From a virus, in IMG/VR virus record IMGVR_UViG_3300036852_000503: DNA of 64,000 nt. One strand, written 5' to 3'. The stretch's first letter is position 1. Each line of letters opens with the position of its first letter. The notes under the pieces were generated by a model. It had not been told where the DNA came from, ran no database searches, and saw nothing but the letters and a program-made list of their open reading frames with translations. Shown here piece after piece: positions 39,373 through 49,188 of this stretch. The position numbers were made by a program, and so were the translations under genes.

Positions 39373-40449
39373 CTAGGCGTTGACCTCACTGTTGACACGC
39401 CGACGATCCGCGGCGACCGCGTCCGACCACGACTCCCACCACTTCCAGGCGTGATCCTCGATCCGAAGCGTCGCCGCGACCGCACGGCCGGCTTCGCTCA
39501 GCTCGGACCGTCGCGCCGCGTTCTCGCGAAGCGACTTGATCGTCCGGTACCAGTCGTTGGGTCGCTCAGCCAGTAGGCCGCAACCCAGCTCGTGCAGCCG
39601 CCGGTACTCCGTGCGCGGCGACGCGACCCACGGTACGCCGACCGCGGCCAGCTCGAGCGGCTTGAGCCACGACTTGGACGCGTTGAACACCGTGTCGGCG
39701 AGCGGCGTGATGCCCACGCCGATGTGCTCGGCGAGCACGCGCGGCCAGTCCAGCAGCTCGACGGCCACGCGCAGCTGCGTCACGTAGTCGTCGCTTGGTA
39801 GGCCGAATGCCTTGCCCACGCCGGGCGACGTGCTGGTGACGTGCAGCCGCGCGCCCTCGTGCACCAGCCGTGCGACGGAGCTGCCCACGACGTCGGGGTC
39901 GTTCGGGTGAGACCCCAACGACGCGGGCCAGCCGATCACGCTGGAGTCGACGTGACGCACGTCGTAGTAGTGCGCCGCCAGGTAGTTCGGCAGCACACGG
40001 CCCCGGCCGTGCGCCGCGTAGCGCTTGACCAGCGCCGGCGTGGTCGCGGTGACCAGCGACGCGTGACGACACGCGTCGTCCAGGTTGCGCCACGAGTGCT
40101 CACCCTGGTTGCGTGGGTGCAGCATTCGCCACGCCGGGTTGTCCGGGTGGATGGTGCCGAGGTCGTCGTCCACGTCGATCACCACGGTGACGCCCTGCCC
40201 GCGCAGCGCGCGCACGGCCTGCGCCATGTACTTGTGCGTCACACGCTGGAGCACCACAACGTCGGTGCCCTCGGGAATGTCAACGTTGACCACGCGGTCG
40301 TCGCGGTCGTCGATGCGGAGGAGCAGCTTGCGCGACTCCTGCTCGATGACTGTGACGTCGTGGCCCGCCGCGCGGAGTACCTCGGCGGGCCAGATGACGC
40401 GGTGGTGACCGCAGCCGTAGTGATCGGCGGGAAAGACGAGTACCCTCAC
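39373..40449 (-). CDS. Glycosyltransferase (GT-B-like)
   Basis: 358 aa; MRVLVFPADHYGCGHHRVIWPAEVLRAAGHDVTVI N-terminus and two-lobe layout typical of phage/actinobacterial glycosyltransferases. Judged by eye. Confidence 0.55.
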   Translation of the reverse strand: MRVLVFPADHYGCGHHRVIWPAEVLRAAGHDVTVIEQESRKLLLRIDDRDDRVVNVDIPEGTDVVVLQRVTHKYMAQAVRALRGQGVTVVIDVDDDLGTIHPDNPAWRMLHPRNQGEHSWRNLDDACRHASLVTATTPALVKRYAAHGRGRVLPNYLAAHYYDVRHVDSSVIGWPASLGSHPNDPDVVGSSVARLVHEGARLHVTSTSPGVGKAFGLPSDDYVTQLRVAVELLDWPRVLAEHIGVGITPLADTVFNASKSWLKPLELAAVGVPWVASPRTEYRRLHELGCGLLAERPNDWYRTIKSLRENAARRSELSEAGRAVAATLRIEDHAWKWWESWSDAVAADRRRVNSEVNA

Positions 40450-40658
40450 GGCTTGGTCGAGCCGCTCTTACCGGCTGGTGCCGAGCTGGCCTGCGCCTGG
40501 CCACGTGCGGCAGGTGCGGCGGGCGCGCTCTCCAGGGTGGCCACGCGCTCGGCGAGTCGCGTGCTGACGGCGACGAGCTGGTCGCTTACCACCACGAGCT
40601 GCGAGACGCGCTGCTGCAACTCGGTGATGTTGTCCTGCATACGCTGGATCAGTGACAT
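40446..40658 (-). CDS. Coiled-coil small protein (70 aa)
   Basis: Track ORF; heptad-like N-terminal half, A/P/S-rich tail. Confidence 0.6.
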   Translation of the reverse strand: MSLIQRMQDNITELQQRVSQLVVVSDQLVAVSTRLAERVATLESAPAAPAARGQAQASSAPAGKSGSTKP

Positions 40659-40697
40659 GAACGTGGCCTCCGGTGGGTGGGTGAGTGAACGCCGGCG

Positions 40698-41516
40698 CTA
40701 GACCGAGGGCCCGGCGTTGTACTTGCCGATCCAGTCGGCGGCCTCGGCGCCGCTCACGCCGAGGTGCGGGACGCCGGCGTCCTTGAACGCCGTGCGCAGG
40801 CTGTCCTTGTCACCCACGTAGGTGGATCGACTGTTCGTGAAGTCGATGATGAACGCGGCGCCCACGTCGATGGTGGGTACCGGGTCGTGCGTGACTTCGA
40901 GACCGATTCCGTTCATGGTGTCCTTCCCTCGCGTACGTGGTGCGTCGATGACCGAGTACTGAATGATGCGATTGAGATCGAGTCCGCCCGGGTCCCAGTG
41001 CTCGTCGGGCGCCGGGGCGTGCTGGTGCCCTAGGTGCCCGGAGTACGACCTGAGCCCGTCGAGCGACAGCCGGATGGGGCTGTCGGGCGACGCCAGCACG
41101 AAGTCCACCTCGTGGGCCGCGTAGCAGCGTAGGTACTGGTCGGGTACGCCGAACGCGTCGCGGATGGGACGCACGACGTTCTCACCCAGCCAGCGCAGCT
41201 CGGCGTCGCCGAGCAGGTGCGCGCTCTCCGAGAATCCCACCACTTCGACCTGCACCACGCGCGAGCGGTCGTTCGACGTCCCGGCGAGCGAGTACGCGGC
41301 GAGGTTCAGCGGAATGTGCTGGACCCTCTCCTTGGTGGCTGGGTTGACGATGATGTGCGGCGGGTAGGGTCGGTACGCGTTGACCGCACCAATTACCGAC
41401 GTACCCTGCGTCATGTGCCAGAGCAGCTTCGGGTCGTCGTTCTCGACGTACGTCGCACCGGCGACGTCGCCGCCGAGTGGCATTCGCTCGTAGCCGTCGA
41501 GCCACGTGTCAGTCAT
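40698..41516 (-). CDS. Endolysin (N-acetylmuramoyl-L-alanine amidase-like)
   Basis: 272 aa located between the tail genes and the glycosyltransferase; HMTQG...VQVEVVGF...GHLGHQHAPAPDEHWDPG resembles amidase_2/PGRP-type zinc ligand spacing. Confidence 0.55.
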   Translation of the reverse strand: MTDTWLDGYERMPLGGDVAGATYVENDDPKLLWHMTQGTSVIGAVNAYRPYPPHIIVNPATKERVQHIPLNLAAYSLAGTSNDRSRVVQVEVVGFSESAHLLGDAELRWLGENVVRPIRDAFGVPDQYLRCYAAHEVDFVLASPDSPIRLSLDGLRSYSGHLGHQHAPAPDEHWDPGGLDLNRIIQYSVIDAPRTRGKDTMNGIGLEVTHDPVPTIDVGAAFIIDFTNSRSTYVGDKDSLRTAFKDAGVPHLGVSGAEAADWIGKYNAGPSV

Positions 41517-41577
41517 GAGTGACCTCCTGGTCTATTAAAACAGGAGCGCGGCGTCGACCTCGTCGTGACCGTCGTGG

Positions 41578-42105
41578 CTACGTCAGTCCAGGACCCTGCA
41601 CCTTAATCTTGGTGTGAATGCCGAACAGCGTCAAGGTGTCGGAGTTGGACGCCTTCTGCCTGCGCAGCTTGATCGTGTGTGAACCTGCCGCCGCCAGCGT
41701 GACCGTCCACCCCTGCGAGATGGCGACACGACCACTCGATCCCTCACCCTCCGCGTGCGCCTCACCCGTGGTGTTGGTGACGCCGTCCACCATGATCGTG
41801 CCGATGAACGTGTCGGTGCCGCCCGTCGTGGCCACGTCCCAGTACGACTCGACGCTCACCACCGTGTTGACGGTCGGCGTCGTGAACGTGAGCGTCGCGC
41901 CGGCCACGTCGGTGTCGACCGTGGTGACGGTCTCATCGCCGGCCGAGCGTGCCTCACGGTAGACCGTGCTCCTGCTGATCACCGTGGCGTCGGTGATCTC
42001 GAGCTGATCCTCGACGGCCTGCGCCAGCGCGTTGATCTGGACCGGGCCGTTGGGTGGGTCGCCCAACTCGGGGTAGGGGAAGTTGTATGTTGCGGTGACG
42101 CCCAC
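41578..42105 (-). CDS. Minor tail protein / receptor-binding candidate
   Basis: 175 aa; N-terminal YNFPYPELGDPPNG motif common at the start of actinophage minor tail proteins. Confidence 0.6.
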   Translation of the reverse strand: MGVTATYNFPYPELGDPPNGPVQINALAQAVEDQLEITDATVISRSTVYREARSAGDETVTTVDTDVAGATLTFTTPTVNTVVSVESYWDVATTGGTDTFIGTIMVDGVTNTTGEAHAEGEGSSGRVAISQGWTVTLAAAGSHTIKLRRQKASNSDTLTLFGIHTKIKVQGPGLT

Positions 42106-42116
42106 GACGCGCTCCT

Positions 42117-42818
42117 CTAGTCTCCGTGTCCGTAGAATGCGGTAGGTACGACGCTGGCCCAGTCAACACCGGCGGTTCCAGTGATGAGTTGGATTTCATA
42201 GCTCACGAAGACGAGCTGCCCGTACATACCCGCCGGCCACGCGTAGTCGATGGGGCCCCAGACGACGCCCGGGGTGCCGGTGGTGGTTGTGTACACGCCG
42301 GACGTCGCCATGAGCGTGCCGCCCGGCGGGCTCGCCGCGTTGGTCGGGTACGCCGTGTACCACTGCACCCGGGCCTGGCCCGTTGCGGTGCCGCCCGACA
42401 CCTGGACCTTCCCGCCAACCGCTACCTTGGGGTGGTTGATGATCATTGCGGAGACGAGCTTCGACGTGTACGCGCCGAGCGTGTTGGTCTGGAGGACGGC
42501 GTCGGTGTTCTGCTGGTAGAACGCCTCCGAAATGTCGGGCATGACACCCGAGAAGAAGTCGGCTGAACCCGGGATGACGATGCGGCCAAGAATGAAGTAG
42601 CTCGTCTTATACCGCAGTAGGCCGACGACGTGCCCGACGCGCAGCACCAGCGCCTCGGTGATGTTCAGCATCGGCACGTTCGTGATGGGCGTCCCCACCA
42701 CGTCAATCACGTTGTCGCCCGTCTGCCGGTTCCACGCCCTGATGACGCCCTGGTGGTAGCCGACGTCGGCGACCGACCGCTGTGCCAGCGACGACGTTAT
42801 GTCATCACTACGTCCCAC
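42117..42818 (-). CDS. Minor tail protein
   Basis: Track ORF 42117..42956 trimmed to GTG 42818 (GAGAGGTAGG upstream). The earlier part is R/S junk overlapping the upstream gene. Confidence 0.6.
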   Translation of the reverse strand: MGRSDDITSSLAQRSVADVGYHQGVIRAWNRQTGDNVIDVVGTPITNVPMLNITEALVLRVGHVVGLLRYKTSYFILGRIVIPGSADFFSGVMPDISEAFYQQNTDAVLQTNTLGAYTSKLVSAMIINHPKVAVGGKVQVSGGTATGQARVQWYTAYPTNAASPPGGTLMATSGVYTTTTGTPGVVWGPIDYAWPAGMYGQLVFVSYEIQLITGTAGVDWASVVPTAFYGHGD

Positions 42819-42837
42819 TTGTTCACCTACCTCTCGA

Positions 42838-43947
42838 CTACGATGAGACGACGAACTGCTCGCGAGTTTTCGCCGACATGATGCCCTCGGCGCGTAGCGG
42901 CGTGACGAGCGTCTCGATGACGTGAATCTCAATGCCCGACGACGTCGTGACCTCAACCGCGTCGGCGACTTCGAGCGCCGGGTTCGGCACGGTCGTGAAG
43001 TCGATGTTGTAGGGCAGGCCGATCACCTGCTGAAGAAGTGACGTACCGGCGCGCACGGCCTGGTCATTGGTCGTGATGAACGACGACGCGAAGAAGCGGG
43101 GGACCTTGCCGAACCGGCCGTACCAGTAGGTCGGGCTGTTCGGGTTGTTGTCCAGCACCACCGCGTGAACCGGTGGCAGCGTGTCGCCGGCCTCGCCGTT
43201 CACGACGACCGCGTTGTACGTACCCTCGCGCGTGATCGACTGGTCCAGTGAGACGAGCACGCCGTTGTGCCCGGAGTTGACCGAGTAGACGGAGACGGTG
43301 GGGTCGGGAGGGTCGCGAATGACCAGCACACCTCGGTAGTCGAAGTACATGATCTTACCGAACGACGTGACGAGCTCGGTGAGAAACTCGAACCGGTCCC
43401 GCTCGGCGACCTGGTCACGGCCGAGCTGCATCACGTCAGTCGTGTCGTCCCACTCGATGGTGACGAGCGGGTAGACCTCACTTACCAGTTGAAGCACGAC
43501 GTCACCCACGAGCTCCGCGGCGAAGAACTGGATCGGCTCGATGAGCCGCGCCTCGACGATGCCACTCATCCGGTCCAGCGCGGCGATGCGAAGTGGGTTG
43601 TTGGGCAGGTCCGACTCCTCGACCGTCGCGATGCGGAAGTAACCCTGGCTCACCCACTCGCTCGTGCCGTTGCCGTACGAGATGCCCCGCCTAACGAAGA
43701 TCTCATTGCCGTACGGCGTGAGCAGCCCGCTCGACTGCGTGGTGAACATGTTGGTGCCGTCGGTGGTGAGCGCGAGCGTCGCGCGCACGTCCGCCGCGGC
43801 ATCCGCCGAGACGTCGCCGTCGATGATCGGGATGTCGACGCCGTCGGGATCGGTGCCCGTCTGGTACGTGGTGACGACGCGCGCGTCGGCGACCATCCGG
43901 TGCGAGCCCCGGAGTGCCGTGAGAAATTGACTGCTAACTGGTCTCAC
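42838..43947 (-). CDS. Minor tail protein
   Basis: 369-aa ORF in the tail module. Confidence 0.65.
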   Translation of the reverse strand: MRPVSSQFLTALRGSHRMVADARVVTTYQTGTDPDGVDIPIIDGDVSADAAADVRATLALTTDGTNMFTTQSSGLLTPYGNEIFVRRGISYGNGTSEWVSQGYFRIATVEESDLPNNPLRIAALDRMSGIVEARLIEPIQFFAAELVGDVVLQLVSEVYPLVTIEWDDTTDVMQLGRDQVAERDRFEFLTELVTSFGKIMYFDYRGVLVIRDPPDPTVSVYSVNSGHNGVLVSLDQSITREGTYNAVVVNGEAGDTLPPVHAVVLDNNPNSPTYWYGRFGKVPRFFASSFITTNDQAVRAGTSLLQQVIGLPYNIDFTTVPNPALEVADAVEVTTSSGIEIHVIETLVTPLRAEGIMSAKTREQFVVSS

Positions 43948-43959
43948 GTGATCAGCTCC

Positions 43960-45390
43960 TCACGACACGATGACGTCGTTGGTCGACCCGACGAGCGTGA
44001 GTAGACTGGCCCAGTCAACGTGGTTGGCGAGGACGTCGCTCCACGTGGCGTACGTGTTGACGACCGTCTGCCACGTGCCGAGCGCACCTACGATGTCGGC
44101 GCTCGGCGCCGCGATCTCAATCAGCGGCAGGTTGAAGACGCGCCAGTCGTTGTCGCAGTCGCGGTTGCGCAGCGGCCGGCGCTCGTCGGTGTCCTGCACC
44201 GCGGCGTAGAGCGTGGGCATGGGGTCACCCGGCGGCGCCTGGAAGAAGAACGTGTCGCCCGTGGCGAGAATGATGTCGAAGTCGGTGCGTTCGGTCGTCG
44301 TGCGCGTGATGACGTCGATGACCAGCTCCTTCGAGCCGCGCACGTCGGTGACCGCGATCGGGTAGTTCCTACCCACCACCACGAAGATGCCGTTGCGCGC
44401 GCGTCGCTTGATCGACGAGATGTTGGGAATGCAGCCCAGCGGCCTGTTGAGGAACGGCCGTGCGATCACCTTGATCCAGGTGGTGGTGATCGTAGGTGTG
44501 ATCGACACGATCTCGGAGCTGAGCAGTAGGTCGGCGTGAAGGAACGCCACGACGAACGAGCGTGAGATCGCCGTGCTGCCACCCGACACCGTCGCGGTGT
44601 CGACGGCGATGTCGGTCTTGGTCGTCTGCGCCATGTACGACCACGACATCGCGGCGTCGTCACCTGCGGTCGAGATCGTGCCGTTCCCCTGAATGGCGTT
44701 CCAGCCGGCGGTACCCGCCGACACCGAAGTCCAGTCGTCCTGCTTCCAGAGTCCCTGGACGAGCATCATGCGGTCGAACGGAACGGTCAGTGCGGGGCGG
44801 TCGATGTTCTGGGCCGGCGTGCTGTTCAGCTGGGTCGCCACGTTGCCGACCGTGAGCGACGTGTTGCGGAACGCGGCAGTCTGGACCAGTGTGTCCGCGT
44901 TGGCGACGCCGCCGGTGAACGACACCGTGGGCGTGGGCTCCGAGCCACCCGTGACGATCCTGCCGAACAGCTTCACGTTCGACGCGTCCATGACCGTGGT
45001 GTAGCCGGTGGGCACGTTGGGTTGACCGGTGCCCGAGTTGCGGATGCTGGCCTCAATGAGCATGAGGTCGCCGGCCTGGTAGCCGATCGGCAGCGTGGCG
45101 ACGAGCGACGAGTTGTTGCCGCTGACCGGTGGGCCACCGGTCACGTACGTGCTCGCCGTCGTGTCGTACGCGCGGATCCGGTAGAAGTTCTGGACGTTCG
45201 CCGAGAACTCGTAGTCGTCCACGTGCACCGAGTTGCCGCTCGGTACGAGCGCGCCGCCACCGCGAACGGTGGTCCAGTTGACTTGGTTCGTGGAGCGCTC
45301 GATCGTGACGACGTCGGTGGCGACGTTGAGCCCGGTGACGACGACTTGGACGCGGGACAGCACGCCGTCGTACGTAAGAGTGGTGCTCAC
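43960..45390 (-). CDS. Minor tail protein (distal-tail position)
   Basis: 476-aa ORF immediately downstream of, and overlapping, the tape measure stop. Confidence 0.65.
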   Translation of the reverse strand: MSTTLTYDGVLSRVQVVVTGLNVATDVVTIERSTNQVNWTTVRGGGALVPSGNSVHVDDYEFSANVQNFYRIRAYDTTASTYVTGGPPVSGNNSSLVATLPIGYQAGDLMLIEASIRNSGTGQPNVPTGYTTVMDASNVKLFGRIVTGGSEPTPTVSFTGGVANADTLVQTAAFRNTSLTVGNVATQLNSTPAQNIDRPALTVPFDRMMLVQGLWKQDDWTSVSAGTAGWNAIQGNGTISTAGDDAAMSWSYMAQTTKTDIAVDTATVSGGSTAISRSFVVAFLHADLLLSSEIVSITPTITTTWIKVIARPFLNRPLGCIPNISSIKRRARNGIFVVVGRNYPIAVTDVRGSKELVIDVITRTTTERTDFDIILATGDTFFFQAPPGDPMPTLYAAVQDTDERRPLRNRDCDNDWRVFNLPLIEIAAPSADIVGALGTWQTVVNTYATWSDVLANHVDWASLLTLVGSTNDVIVS

Positions 45391-48020
45391 GGTACCCTCC
45401 GACCTCCCGCGGTGACGGCGCGCTTGACGCGTCGGTCACGATCCGACACGACGTTGGTGACGAGACTCGTGAGCTCCTGCTCGCCGATGAACACCTGGAC
45501 ATCGACGCTGCCGTCGACGACGGCGGAGCCTGCGTCGGCCGAGCGCGCCGCGCTCTCGGCCATCCGACGCGCGACGTCGCCGCTCGTGCCTCCGGTGGCA
45601 CGCGTCGTGAAGTTGCCAACGTTGGTCGGCGAACTCCGCGCGAACTCGCTCTGCGTGGCCTGCATGAGCCCCTGGACCGCGCGCCGGACCGCGGAGTCGT
45701 CGCTCAGCGACTTGGCGAAGTCACGGATCATGCTCTCACCCGAGAACGTGACGTAACCTCGGCCGGAGAACGGTCCCTCCTTGGCGGGGGAGAACGGGAA
45801 GAGCGCGCGCATGCTGCTCATCGCCTGGCCAATCGCGTTCTTAGCGTCCTGGATCTTGGCCTTGATGCCGTCGATGAACCCGGAGATGAACTTGGCACCG
45901 GCGTCGAAGAGAATCCGGCCAACGTCCCCGAACGAGTCGCGAATCTTGTTGGGGATGTCCCGCACGTACTGAAGTGCTTCCTGGAACTTGTCGCGAATGG
46001 AGTCGCGAATGTTGCCAAAGATGTCCGCGATGCCCTTCACGAGCGGCACCAGGCCCTCGTTGAACGTGAGCTTGAGGCTGTCGACGAACACCCCGGTGGC
46101 GTTCTTGATCTGATCCCACACGAACGGGACGACCTTCGAGAGGGCGTTCCACGCGTCGACGAGCGGTGTGATCGCGATGTTGATCAGCGAGAGAATGACG
46201 CCGGTTATTAGGATGATCCCGTCGATGAGCGGAGGTGCGACGTTCACCGTGAAGTCGGCGAACGTGCTGATGAGCGGACCTAGCTTGACGAGTATGTCGC
46301 CCAGCTTCTCCGCGAGATCCGCGATCTTAGGCGCCAGGTCCTCGATCGCCTTCACCAGCGAGTTGCTGATGACCTCGACGAGCTGGGTCAGCTTGTCCAT
46401 GTCGATGGACTCGATGACGCGCCTCAACACGTCGGCGAGCGGTGGCAGTAGCGTCTGCGCCAACTTGAAGATCGGGTCCAGGAGGGGCACGAGCGCCATG
46501 AGCAGGTCGCCGAAGAAGCCGATCAGGTTCACGAGCGCCGGCACCAGGTCGGGAATGATCTTAGCCATGTGGTCGCTGAGCTTACTCAGCACCTCGGACA
46601 GGACGGGAAGTAGCGCGTCGAGCGCCGCCTTGAACACCGTCCCAATCGCGTCGCCGAGCTGCTTGAAGATGCCGGCGAGCGTGCGCATGAAGTCCACGAA
46701 GCCGGTCGACGCCGTGAACTCGCGAAACGTCTTGATGAGCTCGGTGAGCGGCGTCTGGAGTTCTCCCGTGCCCTCGATGAGCGGCCTGAAGATGTTGCCG
46801 ACGATGCCGACGATGTCCTTGAGAATGGACCAGAGTGCCTTGAGCGCGTCAACGCCGTCGAGCATGAACTCCTTGAGCTTGCCGGATTCCTTGGCCTGCG
46901 CAATGAAGTCGCGGAACTTGATGGCGGCCTTCTCGGCGCCGCTGGTCAGGCCGGCGAAAACGTTGGCGCCGACGTCGGCGATGTCCAGCAACGCCTCGAG
47001 TACCGGTCCGAACGCGGCACCCAAGTTGTGCACGACGGTGACGGTGCTGTCCATGATGGACCTGACGGCGCCGAGGCTGTCGGCGCTGATCAGCACGTCG
47101 ATGAAGTTGCGGGCCACCTTGTTCAACTCGGTCGAGATGTCGACCAGGCCGTGTGTTAGCGCCGGTAGGAACAGCTTGGCGAGCGCGTCGATCTTGTGAT
47201 CGAGGCCCTTGAAGAACGCGCCTTGGATACCCTGGATGACGCCGTCGAATTCGTCCTTCAGCTTCCGGACGGCCTTGACGAACTCCTGCGCCGGCGGCGC
47301 GAGCTTCTTCATCTCCTCGGCGAGCTTCTTGGGGTCGGTCTCCTTGATGGCGTCCGCGACCCCCGTGAACGCGAGCTTGGCCACCAGCCCGGCCGCGCCG
47401 ATCGTGGCCAGCGCACCCGGCAGGAGCGCCGCCGCCTGCGCCGCGGTCGCGAGTAGTTGGCCGAGCGACGCCACGATGGGTAGCAGCGACGTCACACTGG
47501 TGCCGATCGACACCACCTTGCCGAGGCTGGTGGCGACTCCGACCAGTCGCTCGTTCAGTCGTCTGAACGAACCGTCGACGTCGTCGCTCGACTTGCTCGC
47601 GTCCTTGTTCACCTTGTCGACGGCATCGCCGATCTTGTCGACTTCACGCTTGACGTCGCGACTCGCCTTCTCGGCCGCGGTGGGTAGTCGCGTGATCACC
47701 TGCTCGATGCCGTTCGCGGCCCTGCGCGTGGCGACGACGACGTGCTGCTGCGTGTCGTCGAACCAGTTGACGATCTTGGTGTTGGTCTTGTCGATCTTAT
47801 CGCTGACGCTGTTGAGATCGTCGTTGATGTCGCCGGTCAGGCGCTTGAACGGGTCGCCACCTCCGCCGCCCTGACCCAACTTGCTGATCTTCTTGTCCAC
47901 GTTGCCGAGCGACTTCTCGATGTCGCGCGAGAACGTCTTGACCTTGGTGAGCAGCTCGCGGGCGAACAGCTCGACGTCGGGGATGATCTCGACGGCCGCG
48001 CGCGCGATGACGTCAGCCAC
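45387..48020 (-). CDS. Tape measure protein
   Basis: 877 aa; long helical/hydrophobic central region (LLPIVASLGQLLATAAQAAALLPGALATIGAAGLVAKLAF...). Position follows the chaperone pair. Confidence 0.9.
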   Translation of the reverse strand: MADVIARAAVEIIPDVELFARELLTKVKTFSRDIEKSLGNVDKKISKLGQGGGGGDPFKRLTGDINDDLNSVSDKIDKTNTKIVNWFDDTQQHVVVATRRAANGIEQVITRLPTAAEKASRDVKREVDKIGDAVDKVNKDASKSSDDVDGSFRRLNERLVGVATSLGKVVSIGTSVTSLLPIVASLGQLLATAAQAAALLPGALATIGAAGLVAKLAFTGVADAIKETDPKKLAEEMKKLAPPAQEFVKAVRKLKDEFDGVIQGIQGAFFKGLDHKIDALAKLFLPALTHGLVDISTELNKVARNFIDVLISADSLGAVRSIMDSTVTVVHNLGAAFGPVLEALLDIADVGANVFAGLTSGAEKAAIKFRDFIAQAKESGKLKEFMLDGVDALKALWSILKDIVGIVGNIFRPLIEGTGELQTPLTELIKTFREFTASTGFVDFMRTLAGIFKQLGDAIGTVFKAALDALLPVLSEVLSKLSDHMAKIIPDLVPALVNLIGFFGDLLMALVPLLDPIFKLAQTLLPPLADVLRRVIESIDMDKLTQLVEVISNSLVKAIEDLAPKIADLAEKLGDILVKLGPLISTFADFTVNVAPPLIDGIILITGVILSLINIAITPLVDAWNALSKVVPFVWDQIKNATGVFVDSLKLTFNEGLVPLVKGIADIFGNIRDSIRDKFQEALQYVRDIPNKIRDSFGDVGRILFDAGAKFISGFIDGIKAKIQDAKNAIGQAMSSMRALFPFSPAKEGPFSGRGYVTFSGESMIRDFAKSLSDDSAVRRAVQGLMQATQSEFARSSPTNVGNFTTRATGGTSGDVARRMAESAARSADAGSAVVDGSVDVQVFIGEQELTSLVTNVVSDRDRRVKRAVTAGGRRVP

Positions 48021-48402
48021 CGCTCACCACCCCCATCGAGCGCATGAACGACTGCGACGCGTCCTCATCACCGTACCACCACGACGGCTCACCCGTCTCC
48101 CTCAGCGGCACGTACTCACCTCCGGGTAGCTGCCACTTGGTGACCTGCATGACGTACTCGTAGTCCTGACGCGGCTTGTCGGGGTTCTTCTCGTCGTACC
48201 GAAGTCGATCCAGCGACGCCTTGTACAGGACGTTGAGCAGCCGGTTGAGCGGCAGCGTGAGAAGATCTACACCGCGGCCGACGTGCTCACCGTCGAGCTC
48301 GTGCCAGACTCCGGGTTGTCGGGCCCAGACGAGGAGTCCGAGTCCGGCTGTGTAGGGCGCAGCCCGTACCGCTCGAACAGGAAGTGCACCACGTCCATGC
48401 AC
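48013..48402 (-). CDS. Tail assembly chaperone, -1 frame extension (expected G-T-type fusion)
   Basis: The ORF is open in the -1 frame relative to 48267..48692 across 48267-48402 and continues to 48013. Its own ATG start is probably not used. Confidence 0.55.
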   Translation of the reverse strand: MHGRGALPVRAVRAAPYTAGLGLLVWARQPGVWHELDGEHVGRGVDLLTLPLNRLLNVLYKASLDRLRYDEKNPDKPRQDYEYVMQVTKWQLPGGEYVPLRETGEPSWWYGDEDASQSFMRSMGVVSGG

Positions 48403-48692
48403 GTCGCCAGGCCGATCGGGTTGGACGTGTCGCTCAACCTGGCGATGAAGCGCTCGGCGGACTCGGGGACGAGCAGCGCCCGGATCATCGACTTCATGAT
48501 GTTCTTGCGGTTCTCGGGGTTGGTCGAGTCGGCGCTGAGCGCCGTCGCGTACGCGCTGAACTCGAATGCCGTGTCGGCGGCCAAGTCGCGGACGCCGGTG
48601 AACACGTCACCGTCGATCTTGAACTGGAGCGCCGTGGTTCGCACGGAGAAGTCCATCATTTCGCCGCTCGCGGTCACACCCTGGTCGGCCAC
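48267..48692 (-). CDS. Tail assembly chaperone
   Basis: 141-aa acidic protein directly upstream of the tape measure gene. Confidence 0.7.
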   Translation of the reverse strand: MADQGVTASGEMMDFSVRTTALQFKIDGDVFTGVRDLAADTAFEFSAYATALSADSTNPENRKNIMKSMIRALLVPESAERFIARLSDTSNPIGLATCMDVVHFLFERYGLRPTQPDSDSSSGPDNPESGTSSTVSTSAAV

Positions 48693-48770
48693 GTTACCTC
48701 ACTAGATCGACGCGTCACTACCGTACGATGCCAGCATAGATCGGTCGCGCGCGCGTTGTCGGCTAGTGTC

Positions 48771-49184
48771 CTACGAGCGGATGTCCTGGAGCGCATTCTC
48801 CAGGAATGGGTTCGGCTTGATGCCCTTGACGGAGCGCGCGTACACGAACTTGTTCTTGCCCTTGGGCTTGAACTTGAGGAACTTGGCCCGCTTGGGGTAG
48901 ATGGGCGCGTGTCGTGGGCCGTAGATGCCGGTGCCCTTCATGATGTACCACGCGTAGGTGACGTGCGTCTCAACGCGGCCCACCGGTCCAGTTGGGAACG
49001 AAGTGACCGAACTTCTGATCGACGAGCGCAGCCGTCCCCTGCGCACCGGGGCGCGACGCTTGGCGCCTGCCTGGACCCGCAGCGTGAGGCGCTTGGTATG
49101 CCTGTAGAACGGCTTGCCCGGTGACGTCGTGAAGCGCTTGAACTCCCGCAACTTCAACGTGACGCCCGTGACCCTCACGCTCAT
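48771..49184 (-). CDS. HK97 gp10-like head-tail joining/tail completion protein
   Basis: 137 aa; VETHVTYAWYIMKGTG...NPFLENAL pattern. Confidence 0.6.
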   Translation of the reverse strand: MSVRVTGVTLKLREFKRFTTSPGKPFYRHTKRLTLRVQAGAKRRAPVRRGRLRSSIRSSVTSFPTGPVGRVETHVTYAWYIMKGTGIYGPRHAPIYPKRAKFLKFKPKGKNKFVYARSVKGIKPNPFLENALQDIRS

Positions 49185-49188
49185 CTAG

